Shown piece after piece: positions 18,766 through 27,300 of a DNA stretch of 64,000 nucleotides (within the stretch, counting starts at the first letter, position 1; every line of letters begins with the position of its first letter). Position numbers and translations under genes: made by a program. The notes beneath the pieces were generated by a model. The model was not told where the DNA came from. It worked only from the letters and a program-made list of their open reading frames with translations, and did no database searches. The stretch is from Candidatus Niyogibacteria bacterium. GTDB taxonomy: Bacteria > Patescibacteriota > Minisyncoccia > HO2-45-28. The stretch is from the NCBI GenBank assembly GCA_016432485.1, contig CP066691.1:11348-75347 (forward strand), given 5' to 3'.

Positions 18766-20084
18766 TGAAAAAGTCGTGGATATTTTTTGATTTGGACGGA
18801 GTATTGGTTGACAGCGTTCCCTTGCTTAAGAGGACCTTTTTTGACTTCGGAAGGAAATTTTCCGTTAAATTAAGTCCGGCTGATTTTGACAAGTGCAACG
18901 GCTTAAATGTCAAAGAAATAGCGGCTTACTTAAAAAGGAAGGGCGGCTTGAGTTATTCCGTGAAGGATTTGAAAAAAAAGTATGAGGAGGTGCTCAAAAA
19001 AGTTCGGAGCGGCATTCGCGTTAAAAAGGAAGTTTTAGACGCATTGAAAAAACTTAAAAAAAGAGGGTGGAATTTGGCATTGGTGACAAGCGCGCCGTCC
19101 GGGTATTTACGGGCCATTATAAAAAAAGGAGGGGCGGAAAAACTTTTTGATTTTACCGTAAGCGGCGAAGATTTTAAAAAAGCCAAACCTCATCCGGAAA
19201 TTTATTTGAAAGCCGTCAAAAAAGCGGGGAGAGGTTTTTACGTGGCCGTGGAGGATTCGGAAAACGGGCTTGCCGCCGCTCGCAAGGCCGGCTGTTTCGC
19301 GCTTAAATACGACAGGAATCTTAAAAAAGATTCATTTTTTTCTTTTAGAAATTTCAACGACCTGCGCAAAAAATTGATTATCGCGGGGGAAAATTCCTTT
19401 TTAGCCGCAAAAATTACCGCAAAAAATAAAATATCTTTTCGTGAAGACAAAAAAATTCATCTCAACTTTTTTTCAAGAGCCGAGATTAACGATTTTTGGC
19501 GCAAGTCCAGGAAAAAAAATTCACGCCTTTTTGACGGCAAGATTTTTGCTCTGGGTTATGAAGCCGCGCCGTTTGATTTTCACGGCAAGTTTACCGACTA
19601 CGCGGGCGCTTTTTACTCGGCTGAAAAAGGAAGGCCCGCGGGTCCGATTTATTGCGGCGTTACGGGTATCGCGCGTTTTAACGGCGGCTATCTGCTTGCC
19701 CGCAGAAGCAATGACACAACGCGCGGCGGATTATACGAATTTGCGCCGGCGGGCGCCATTGATGCTTCGGCTCAAAGGGGCGGGAGGGCTCAACCTCTTG
19801 TACAGCTGAAAAAGGAACTAAAAGAGGAAATGGGATTCGACAGTCGTTGTATCTCCTCCATAACGCCCGTCTTTTTGGCGCTTGAGATTAGCACGGGCGT
19901 TATGGATGTTTTTTTCAAAATTCAACTATCCGGATTATCCGATGTTCATTCGTTTTTTAACGCGAGCTCCGAGCACGAAGATTTCAAGTTTTTTTCAAGA
20001 CGCGGGCTTAAAAAAGCTCTGCGGCAAAAACCGGAAATGTTTTTGGAGAATGTCGGACTCGTGCAGCAGCTGGATTTTTTGTAG
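18765..20084 (+). CDS. HAD-superfamily phosphatase (N-terminal) fused to a C-terminal domain with a degenerate Nudix-like signature
   Basis: HAD motif I FFDLDGVLVDS; motif II LVTSAP; motif III/IV KKAKPHPEIY...AVEDSENG. The C-terminal 200 aa ends with ...LVQLKKELKEEMGF (Nudix-box-like but non-canonical). Confidence 0.55.
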   Translation: MKKSWIFFDLDGVLVDSVPLLKRTFFDFGRKFSVKLSPADFDKCNGLNVKEIAAYLKRKGGLSYSVKDLKKKYEEVLKKVRSGIRVKKEVLDALKKLKKRGWNLALVTSAPSGYLRAIIKKGGAEKLFDFTVSGEDFKKAKPHPEIYLKAVKKAGRGFYVAVEDSENGLAAARKAGCFALKYDRNLKKDSFFSFRNFNDLRKKLIIAGENSFLAAKITAKNKISFREDKKIHLNFFSRAEINDFWRKSRKKNSRLFDGKIFALGYEAAPFDFHGKFTDYAGAFYSAEKGRPAGPIYCGVTGIARFNGGYLLARRSNDTTRGGLYEFAPAGAIDASAQRGGRAQPLVQLKKELKEEMGFDSRCISSITPVFLALEISTGVMDVFFKIQLSGLSDVHSFFNASSEHEDFKFFSRRGLKKALRQKPEMFLENVGLVQQLDFL

Positions 20085-20130
20085 CAGGTATGTTATTTTT
20101 CTGAAAGACGTTCGCGACGGGGGAAAACCA

Positions 20131-20583
20131 ATGAAGTTAATGGACTTGAAGCCCGCGGAAATACGCTCTTATTTGGAGATGTTGCTTAAATGGAGGAATG
20201 ACCCGGATACGAGGCGGCAATCCAGAAGAACTCAGGTTTTTAAAAAAGGGGATTACGAAAGAGAGCTTTTGGGAAGAGTTGCCCAAAATGGGATTATTTA
20301 TCTCGCTTTGGAAAATAAAAAACCGGTTGGGGTTTTGATGGTTGATAAATTTTCTGAAGGCGAAGGTCTTGAGTTTTCGTGGACCGTCGCGCCCCAAGAA
20401 CGCGGAAAGGGATTCGGCAAAAAAATGCTCGCTCTGGCCGTTAAAGACCCAAGGTTCGCGGGTGAAAGACTGGTGGCGGTAATAAAAAACAGGAACTATG
20501 CTTCAATAAAAATGGTGCATGGCCTCGGTTTTGTAAAATTTTCGAAAAAAGGAGGAATGTCTTTTTGGGAAAGAAATAATTGA
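20131..20583 (+). CDS. pseH: GNAT family N-acetyltransferase, candidate PseH
   Basis: 150 aa. Acetyl-CoA motif A QERGKGFGKKML. Position between pseF and pseI. The ORF-track start at 19882 overlaps the upstream gene, so the ATG at 20131 is preferred. Confidence 0.55.
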   Translation: MKLMDLKPAEIRSYLEMLLKWRNDPDTRRQSRRTQVFKKGDYERELLGRVAQNGIIYLALENKKPVGVLMVDKFSEGEGLEFSWTVAPQERGKGFGKKMLALAVKDPRFAGERLVAVIKNRNYASIKMVHGLGFVKFSKKGGMSFWERNN

Positions 20584-20612
20584 GCCCCGCCTCGGCGCGG
20601 GCCTTTCTTTTC
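20584..20612 (+). terminator. Terminator-like imperfect GC hairpin (gccccgcctcggcgcgggc) followed by T-rich tract
   Basis: Lies immediately after the pseH stop. It is followed by cctttcttttcc. Confidence 0.4.
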
Positions 20613-20615
20613 CTA

Positions 20616-20656
20616 TCCGAATCCGAACTCGGTTCGGACCGAACTCGGTTCGGATT
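20616..20656. repeat. Intergenic copy of the CCGAACTCGGTTCGG palindromic repeat family (two tandem half-units)
   Basis: Reads tccgaactcggttcgga ccgaactcggttcgga. The same half-unit forms the perfect palindromes at 23030-23070 and 23210-23250. Confidence 0.6.
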
Positions 20657-20774
20657 TGTGCGGGAAAACAATTGCCCCGAGTTTTTGCTGCGGAGTGTCC
20701 GGAATGCGCGCTTCTTAACCATCATTTGACACAATGTATTTTTAAGCGTAGTTTGATGGTTATTCAACGTAAAT

Positions 20775-21890
20775 ATGTCGGAAATTTTTAAAATTGGCAA
20801 TAAGTCGGTTGGAGGCGGACAGCCGGTTTTTTTGGTGGCCGAAATTTCCGCGAACCACCATCAAAAATATGAAGAAGCGGTTAAGCTGGTGAGGGCGGCG
20901 CGCGAGGCCGGGGCTGACGCCGTAAAACTTCAGACCTACACTCCCGACACCATAACTTTGAATTCCGACAAAGAGTGGTTTAGGGTGGGCGGGGAAAATA
21001 ACCCCGATGATTGGCAGAAAAAGACCCTTTACCAGCTTTACCAGGCCGCCTATACCCCCTGGGAATGGCAGCCAAAGCTGAAAAAACTCGCGGATGACCT
21101 GGACATTATTCTTTTTTCAACGCCTTTTGATGAAAGCGCGGTTGATTTTCTGGAGTCTATTGAAGTTCCTTGCTATAAAATTGCTTCGTATGAAGTTAAC
21201 GATTTTTTGCTTTTGCGCCGCGTTGCCCGCACCGGAAAGCCGGTTATAATTTCCTTGGGTTATGCTTCAGCAAAGGACGCCGACTTCGCTATAAAAACTT
21301 TGCGCGAAAACGGAGCCAAGGACATAGCCGCGCTTCATTGCGTAACGCAATACGAAACAGAGCCGGATTTTTCCGGCATGAATTTGGCGACGATTAAAAA
21401 TATTGCCGAACGGTTTGACGTTGTGTCCGGATTTTCCGATAATAACGCGGGTATTGAAGCGCCGTTGATTGCGGCCGCCGCGGGCGCCAAGATTATTGAA
21501 AAGCATGTTATTTTGGATAGAAAAAGCGGAGGTTCGGATGCCGGATTTTCTCTGGAACCGCAGGAATTTAAATTGATGGCTGAAAAAATAAGGGCAGGCG
21601 ACAGTATTGCCGATGGTGAAAAAACAAAAATCGCTTTGGGCGGCGTTCATTACGGACCGGCCAGCGCCGCCGAAGAACACAATAAACGTTTCCGCCGTTC
21701 GCTCTTCGTTTGCAAAAACATTAAAAGAGGCGAGAAATTTAGTCCCGAAAATATTCGTTCTGTTCGTCCGGCATTCGGCTTGCCCACCAAGCATTTTGAC
21801 GAAATAATCGGCAGAGCCGCGACCGCGGATATTGAATTCGGCACGCCTCTGAAAAAAGAACACATAAAGGGCCGCCTTGATTTAAATTGA
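20775..21890 (+). CDS. pseI: Pseudaminic acid synthase / N-acetylneuraminate synthase family (NeuB/PseI) with C-terminal SAF domain
   Basis: KIGNKSVGGGQPVFLVAEISANHHQKYEEA, KLQTY, IISLGYAS, EKHVILDR, C-terminal SAF (NIRSVRP). Confidence 0.85.
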   Translation: MSEIFKIGNKSVGGGQPVFLVAEISANHHQKYEEAVKLVRAAREAGADAVKLQTYTPDTITLNSDKEWFRVGGENNPDDWQKKTLYQLYQAAYTPWEWQPKLKKLADDLDIILFSTPFDESAVDFLESIEVPCYKIASYEVNDFLLLRRVARTGKPVIISLGYASAKDADFAIKTLRENGAKDIAALHCVTQYETEPDFSGMNLATIKNIAERFDVVSGFSDNNAGIEAPLIAAAAGAKIIEKHVILDRKSGGSDAGFSLEPQEFKLMAEKIRAGDSIADGEKTKIALGGVHYGPASAAEEHNKRFRRSLFVCKNIKRGEKFSPENIRSVRPAFGLPTKHFDEIIGRAATADIEFGTPLKKEHIKGRLDLN

Positions 21891-21913
21891 TATAGCCTGC
21901 TATATTAAAATTT

Positions 21914-24154
21914 ATGAACTTAATCAAATATCTGGGTTGGGCGATAATCGTCGGTCTTTTCGCGATTGTCCTCATAACCCCCTTCTTCGTTTCGGAATCA
22001 ATGTTTTTTCCGTTTATTACGGGCAAAAATTTTTTATTCCGTATAATCGTTGAAATAATTTTCGCTCTCTGGATTATATTGGCTATGGCCGACAGCCGGT
22101 ATCGGCCAAAGGCCTCGCCCATATTGTGGGCAGCGTGCTCTGTTGTCGGGGTTTTAATCCTTTCCACGATTTTTGGCGTAAACCCTTATCGCAGTTTTTG
22201 GTCTAACTTCGAAAGAATGGAGGGCTTAATATCGCATCTGCATCTACTCGCCTATTTTTTGGTTTTGATAAGCATGTTTAAGTCGTCCATTCAGTGGCGC
22301 AGATTTTTTTATGCTATCTCGGCTTCCGGAGCGGCTATGGCTTTATACGGATATTTTCAGGCGCTCGGTATTTTGACAATCTCCGTTCAAAGCGGTCCGC
22401 GCGCGGACGGCTCGTTCGGCAACGCGAGTTATATGGCCATTTTCATCCTTTTAAACGTCTTTTTCGCTTCTTACTTGTTTTTTACCGAAGAGCGCAAGTG
22501 GCTGAAAAACATATTCGCGGGATTAGTCGTTTTTGAAATTCCCGTTGTGTTTTTGACGGCAACTCGAGGCGCGATTCTGGGGCTTATCGGCGGTTTTTTT
22601 CTTCTCGCCCTGCTTCTCGCCTTTTTTTCAAAAGACAAGCGCTTTCGCTGGGCTTCGATCGGCGTGATAGGAGGCGTTATTCTTTTGGTTCTGATTTTTC
22701 TTTCGGTAAAAAATACCGATTTTGTCAGGAATAACTATGTTTTCCAGCGTTTCGGCGACCTTAGTTTTGCGGAGCGAACGATCCAGTCGCGTTTTATTAT
22801 TTGGAAAATGTCATTTGAGGGGTTTAAGGAAAGGCCAATTTTTGGATGGGGAATTGAAAATTTCGGTCAGGTTTTTAACAAATATTATGAGCCTGCTTTA
22901 TGGCTCCAGGAGCCGTGGTTTGACCGGGCGCATAATGTTATTTTTGACTGGCTTGTGAGTTCCGGCATCATCGGACTTTTGGCATACTTATCGCTTTTTG
23001 GTTCGGCCATATATATTATTTGGAAAAAATCCGAACTCGGTTCGGAATTGGATTCCGAACCGAGTTCGGAATCGGAATCTGCAAAATTGATAACGGCAGT
23101 AGTTTTTACCTCGCTTCTTGCCGCTTACTTTTTTAACAACTTTTTTATTTTTGACAACCTAACATCTTATATTCTATTTTTTTCCGTTCTAGCCTTTATC
23201 CACTTTTATACGAACTCGGTTCGGAATCCAATTCCGAACCGAGTTCGGACTTGGACATCGGGGCCACTTCATTCGTTTCTTGTGGCATTTATTATTTTGG
23301 GGCTTATTTTTTCACTCTATTTCTTAAATATAAAACCGATATTGGCCAATACTTGGCTTTTGCAGGCGCTAAAGGACACTAATTTTCAAGGACAAAATAT
23401 TGATTTGGTCTTATCCGATTTTGAAAATGTCTTTAATTTACGGACATTTGGAACAGGGGAGGCGAGAGAGCAGTTAAGCACCTATGCTAATGCTGTTTTC
23501 GGTTCCGTTTTGCCCCAAAAGTTAAAGGACAAAGTCACACAAGTGTCTATTAATGAGCTTGAACGTCAGACTAGGGATAATCCTGAAGATCCTCGCGGTT
23601 ATCTTTTTCTGTCCTCTATGTATACCAATGCCGGACGCCACGAGGACGCCCTGCGCGCGGTTGAGCGTGCCCTTGAGCTTTCTCCAAATAAACAGCAAAT
23701 TCTTTTCCTTTTAGCGGAAACTCACCTTAATCTGGGCGGCGTTAAAAGGGCCTATGATTTGGTAAAAATTGCTTATGAATCGGCCCCGGAATATCAAAAA
23801 GCAGTCCAAAATTTTGCCACTATGTCCATTATTAATGGTTTGTCCGATGAAGCTGAAAAGGCTCTGATAAAATTTTTTGGGACTGCTCTGGTGGCAGATC
23901 AGCAGTTGGTTAATGCCTACGCGCGGGTTGGAAATTACGAACGGGTACGCGATATTTGGTTGGAATTCATTAGGAAGGACCCGCAAAACGTCCAATATCA
24001 TATTAATCTTGCTGCCACCTATATGGAGCTTGGCGAGCGTCGGGAGGCCATAAATGAAATTGAAAAAGCCATTGAACTAAATCCTCAATTTAAAGATCAG
24101 GGCAGAGCGCTGATAAATGAGATAAATGCCGGCAGGAATCCTGTGAGCAGGTAA
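21914..24154 (+). CDS. Membrane protein with O-antigen ligase/Wzy_C-like polytopic domain fused to C-terminal TPR repeats; candidate glycan ligase/oligosaccharyltransferase
   Basis: About 12 TM segments with a Wzy_C-like region (TATRGAILGLIGGFFLL). The C-terminal 250 aa consists of TPR repeats. It contains two in-frame palindromic insertions. Confidence 0.6.
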   Translation: MNLIKYLGWAIIVGLFAIVLITPFFVSESMFFPFITGKNFLFRIIVEIIFALWIILAMADSRYRPKASPILWAACSVVGVLILSTIFGVNPYRSFWSNFERMEGLISHLHLLAYFLVLISMFKSSIQWRRFFYAISASGAAMALYGYFQALGILTISVQSGPRADGSFGNASYMAIFILLNVFFASYLFFTEERKWLKNIFAGLVVFEIPVVFLTATRGAILGLIGGFFLLALLLAFFSKDKRFRWASIGVIGGVILLVLIFLSVKNTDFVRNNYVFQRFGDLSFAERTIQSRFIIWKMSFEGFKERPIFGWGIENFGQVFNKYYEPALWLQEPWFDRAHNVIFDWLVSSGIIGLLAYLSLFGSAIYIIWKKSELGSELDSEPSSESESAKLITAVVFTSLLAAYFFNNFFIFDNLTSYILFFSVLAFIHFYTNSVRNPIPNRVRTWTSGPLHSFLVAFIILGLIFSLYFLNIKPILANTWLLQALKDTNFQGQNIDLVLSDFENVFNLRTFGTGEAREQLSTYANAVFGSVLPQKLKDKVTQVSINELERQTRDNPEDPRGYLFLSSMYTNAGRHEDALRAVERALELSPNKQQILFLLAETHLNLGGVKRAYDLVKIAYESAPEYQKAVQNFATMSIINGLSDEAEKALIKFFGTALVADQQLVNAYARVGNYERVRDIWLEFIRKDPQNVQYHINLAATYMELGERREAINEIEKAIELNPQFKDQGRALINEINAGRNPVSR
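23030..23070. repeat. 41-bp perfect palindromic element inserted in frame in CDS (encodes SELGSELDSEPSSE)
   Basis: Reads tccgaactcggttcggaat tgg attccgaaccgagttcgga. Two 19-bp arms are exact reverse complements, with a 3-nt spacer. Confidence 0.7.
23210..23250. repeat. Second copy of the palindromic element, opposite orientation (spacer cca), in frame (encodes TNSVRNPIPNRVRT)
   Basis: Reads acgaactcggttcggaat cca attccgaaccgagttcggac. It is read in a different frame and orientation from copy 1, which argues for DNA-level insertion. Confidence 0.7.
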
Positions 24155-24328
24155 AAAAATTTTACCTCGGATACTTATCCACAGGTCGCCTACTTGCGGC
24201 CTTTTTTCTTTAATAAGATACTAAATACAAGGGCATTTTATATGTCCTGAAATGGTCTGAATTTTAATAATTTTTTATTATTAATTATTAAATAGTTTAA
24301 TTACTAATTAATCTAAAAGCATAAAAAT

Positions 24329-25816
24329 ATGCGTAATGTCTTAAGTTTTTTTGATACTCGTCGAATCAGCGGCATAATTGCCGCGACAGTTTTGTCGCTT
24401 TTAATGGTGGCCCTCATTACATACGGTGCGACCACAATAAGCACGAATATAGATACTGCAGGAACATTGAATGTTAGCGGCGCAACTACGCTTAACGGCG
24501 CGGCTACTTTGGGCGATGCGATTGGTGACAATGTTACAATAACCGGCAATGCCACCACATCGAATTCATTGTATGTGACCGGCGGATTTGTTGTTGATGG
24601 TTATGCGACTACAACAGCGAACAACGGAAATTTCGAGACTGCGGGCACGCTTACCGTAACCGGCGCCTCAAACTTGAACGGCGCGGTAACTTTGGGTGAT
24701 GCGATTGGTGACAATGTTACAATAACCGGCAATGCCACCACATCGAATTCATTGTATGTGACCGGCGGATTTGTTGTTGATGGTTATGCGACTACAACAG
24801 CGGGCAGTGGAAATTTCGCGACCGAAGGCTCGCTTTTGGTTACCGATCTTTCTACTTTGACCGGCGGTTTTATTTCCTCCGCTTCCTCTACGGTAAATTC
24901 TCGCTTGAATGTGCAAGGTCCGCTTTCAGCTTCCAGCTCATTGATAGTGGCCGGCACGGCAACTTTTGATGGTAATGTTACGGTAACAGGCACTTTCTCG
25001 CCTTCGCAGACGTCAGCAACTAACTTTACTGTTAACGCTTCCACCTCCTTAAACAGAGTACAGGTAGCAGGAAATTTTTCAGCTTCTTCCACAGCTGACA
25101 TATTGGGGGAGGCAAATTTTCAGGGCGGATTTATTGGTAACTCTTCCTCCTCTGTAAATAGGTTGCAGGTTGCCGGGTACCTTTCAGCTTCCAGCTCATT
25201 ATTGGTGGCCGGAGCAACTACGCTTGATGGCGCGGTTACTTTGGGAAATGCCGAGGCAGACAACATTGCGGTCTCAGGCACAATCACCGGATTTTTCTCT
25301 AACGCTTCTTCATCCGTTCATTCCAACTTTAACGTAAATGGCCCGCTTTCCGCTTCCAGCTCATTGATAGTGGCCGGAGCAAGTACGCTTGATGGTAATG
25401 TCACTTTGGGCAATGCCGCGGCGGACGTCATTACAATTACTGGCAACGCCTCCACGACCAACTCATTGACGGTTGGGGCCACGGCAAGCACGACTAAATT
25501 AATTGTCGGTGGCAATGATATAAACGGCACATTTGCCGGAATGGTCTTTGGGACCTGCAACTTGACATCCGCAGCTCTTGCTGCCTCAACGACCAAGAAC
25601 TTTGCCTGCACGAGCGCCACAGGAGTGCGCTCTAGCGATACACTATTCGTTAACGCGACTTCCAGTTTGGTTTCCGGCCGTTTTGACGATCAAATCTTCA
25701 TTCGCGCAGCGTCTTCGTCAATTCTCAACCAGATAAATGTGGATATTACCAATACAGGAATAACCTCGGGTTCTCAAACAATATCAGGCACTTTGCAATT
25801 CTGGGCAGTGCGATAA
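24329..25816 (+). CDS. Thr/Gly/Asn/Ser-rich tandem-repeat surface protein with N-terminal membrane anchor; candidate glycosylated filament/adhesin
   Basis: N-terminal hydrophobic anchor, then 61-aa repeats (GDAIGDNVTITGNATTSNSLYVTGGFVVDGYATTTA). A 105-bp DNA block is exactly duplicated at 24515-24619 and 24698-24802. The protein is 35-40% Ser+Thr+Gly+Asn+Ala. Confidence 0.6.
   Translation: MRNVLSFFDTRRISGIIAATVLSLLMVALITYGATTISTNIDTAGTLNVSGATTLNGAATLGDAIGDNVTITGNATTSNSLYVTGGFVVDGYATTTANNGNFETAGTLTVTGASNLNGAVTLGDAIGDNVTITGNATTSNSLYVTGGFVVDGYATTTAGSGNFATEGSLLVTDLSTLTGGFISSASSTVNSRLNVQGPLSASSSLIVAGTATFDGNVTVTGTFSPSQTSATNFTVNASTSLNRVQVAGNFSASSTADILGEANFQGGFIGNSSSSVNRLQVAGYLSASSSLLVAGATTLDGAVTLGNAEADNIAVSGTITGFFSNASSSVHSNFNVNGPLSASSSLIVAGASTLDGNVTLGNAAADVITITGNASTTNSLTVGATASTTKLIVGGNDINGTFAGMVFGTCNLTSAALAASTTKNFACTSATGVRSSDTLFVNATSSLVSGRFDDQIFIRAASSSILNQINVDITNTGITSGSQTISGTLQFWAVR
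24474..24802. repeat. Intragenic tandem repeat (183-bp period, 105-bp identical core)
   Basis: The core gatgcgattggtgacaatgttacaataaccggcaatgccaccacatcgaattcattgtatgtgaccggcggatttgttgttgatggttatgcgactacaacagcg occurs twice. Confidence 0.8.
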
Positions 25817-25849
25817 TTTAGAAGTTAATTAAAAACTAAATTATCGCCC

Positions 25850-27244
25850 ATGAAAAAAATCTACATAACGATTTTAACTTCTCTCCTGATTCCTACGGCT
25901 TCATTTGCCGCTCTGGGCGATTTCACTTTTGATTCCAATGTTGACCTAACTCTTAACGGCGTAACCATAGATGTTTCTGGCTCTGGTTTTACGGCTGATA
26001 GAATTGAGGTCAGCGCCAATAGTTTTGACATTGGTATTTCTGCGGGCGGCGGATTTGAGGTTACTTCTTCTGATCGCAGGAAAATAACCGCAACTGTGGT
26101 TGGGTCATTGGAAACAGGATTTTCTTGCACCAGCAGTAATTCCAAAATGACCGTTTCTAACCCCGGTAACGCTCCTTTCGCAACCACTACTCTGTCCGTT
26201 TCTTCTGATACTTGCGCTACGGAAGGAGGCAGTAGCAGCAGTGGCGGTGGTGGCGGCGGCGGCGGAGGTTCTGCGCCGAGCGTTCCCGCGCAAACTCAAG
26301 TCGCAACACCCGCGGTTCCGGCTGTTCCGACCGTAAGTCCGGCAGTGCCGGCAGTTCCTTCGGCCGCGGCTCAGCCGTCAGCGGTGGCAGTTGCGGTGAG
26401 TCCGGCGTTTAATCGCTCATTGACTATTGGTTCAAAGGGTGAAGACGTTAAGCGCCTTCAACAGCTGTTAAACTCCGATTCTGACACCGTAATTGCGGCG
26501 TCAGGTGTTGGTTCTCCCGGAAACGAATCGGAATATTTCGGCTCGCTTTCTGAAAAAGCCGTACAAAAATTCCAGGCTAAATATGGCCTAGCCAAGGCAG
26601 GCGATGCCGGATATGGATATGTTGGACCGAAAACAAGGGCGAAACTGGCTGAAGTGTTTGTAAAAAGCGCAGCTGCGGCTCCAGAATTGCCGGTAGTGCC
26701 GGCTGTTCCTTCGCCGGTCGCGGCCGCAGTGAGCCCTGTCTTTAACCGCGCTCTCACGATTGGTTCTAAAGGAGAGGATGTTAAGCGTATCCAGCAATTG
26801 CTTAACTCCGACCCTGACACTATGATTGCTTCATCAGGCGTCGGTTCTGCGGGAAATGAAACAGAATATTTCGGCTCGCTTTCTGAAAAAGCCGTACAAA
26901 AATTCCAAGTTAAATATGATGTAGCCAAAGCAGGCGATGCCGGATATGGATTTGTTGGGCCGAAAACAAGGGCGAAACTGGCTGAAGTGTTCGGAGAGTC
27001 CGCGGCGGTTCCAGCCGCTCCAGCGGCGCCAGCCGTAACGCCAGAAGTAACACCAGCGCCCGCCGTAACTCCCGCTCCAACCCCGGCTCCAGCCGCTCCG
27101 GCGCCAGTCCCATTCTGGCTGCAACTGACTCCCGCTACACCCGGTTCGGCTAATGTTTACACTCCTCCGCCGGCTCCGGAGCCAACAGCGCCTCAATCCG
27201 GAGATGTTCTGCCCTGGATGCAAGGAATGGTGCCCGCCAATTAG
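25850..27244 (+). CDS. Secreted protein with two peptidoglycan-binding (PG_binding_1-like) domains separated by Pro/Ala/Val-rich linkers; Gly/Ser run
   Basis: Signal peptide (MKKIYITILTSLLIPTASFA), then a GGGGGGGGG run. The domain LTIGSKGEDVKR(L/I)QQLLNSD...YFGSLSEKAVQKFQ..KY..AKAGDAGYG(Y/F)VGPKTRAKLAEVF occurs twice (333-bp DNA repeat period). The tail is Pro-rich. Confidence 0.65.
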   Translation: MKKIYITILTSLLIPTASFAALGDFTFDSNVDLTLNGVTIDVSGSGFTADRIEVSANSFDIGISAGGGFEVTSSDRRKITATVVGSLETGFSCTSSNSKMTVSNPGNAPFATTTLSVSSDTCATEGGSSSSGGGGGGGGGSAPSVPAQTQVATPAVPAVPTVSPAVPAVPSAAAQPSAVAVAVSPAFNRSLTIGSKGEDVKRLQQLLNSDSDTVIAASGVGSPGNESEYFGSLSEKAVQKFQAKYGLAKAGDAGYGYVGPKTRAKLAEVFVKSAAAAPELPVVPAVPSPVAAAVSPVFNRALTIGSKGEDVKRIQQLLNSDPDTMIASSGVGSAGNETEYFGSLSEKAVQKFQVKYDVAKAGDAGYGFVGPKTRAKLAEVFGESAAVPAAPAAPAVTPEVTPAPAVTPAPTPAPAAPAPVPFWLQLTPATPGSANVYTPPPAPEPTAPQSGDVLPWMQGMVPAN

Positions 27245-27262
27245 GCGCTGAGTATTCTGACG

Positions 27263-27300
27263 AAAAAACCGCCCCGCAGCTGCGGGGCGGTTTGGTTTTT
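27263..27300. terminator. Bidirectional rho-independent terminator (ccgccccgcagctgcggggcgg + T-tract)
   Basis: Perfect 9-bp GC stem with A-tract upstream and T-tract downstream, between convergent genes. Confidence 0.7.

Noticed and set aside
18765-20084. Calling the C-terminal half of the HAD protein a definite Nudix hydrolase
   Set aside because: Only the distal REUxEExGU-like part (KELKEEMGF) is present. The upstream G-x5-E is not satisfied, so it is kept as Nudix-like and hypothetical rather than annotated.
21267-22167. Minus-strand ORFs 21267..21863 (198 aa) and 21739..22167 (142 aa) inside or across pseI and the ligase gene
   Set aside because: They are antisense to the strongly supported NeuB/PseI family gene. 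They are Arg/Phe-rich and span a gene boundary on the other strand.
24176-24184. Single perfect DnaA box TTATCCACA upstream of the repeat-protein gene
   Set aside because: It is isolated, and one 9-mer is expected by chance in 128 kb of two-strand sequence at roughly the observed order. It is not a cluster like the one at 48.7-48.9 kb.
24313-27244. Possibility that the tandem-repeat regions (24474-24802, 26400-26995) are CRISPR-like or other non-coding repeat arrays
   Set aside because: The repeats have a period of 183 or 333 bp that is a multiple of 3. They sit inside long open reading frames with signal or anchor sequences and encode recognisable protein repeats. There is no short repeat-spacer architecture.
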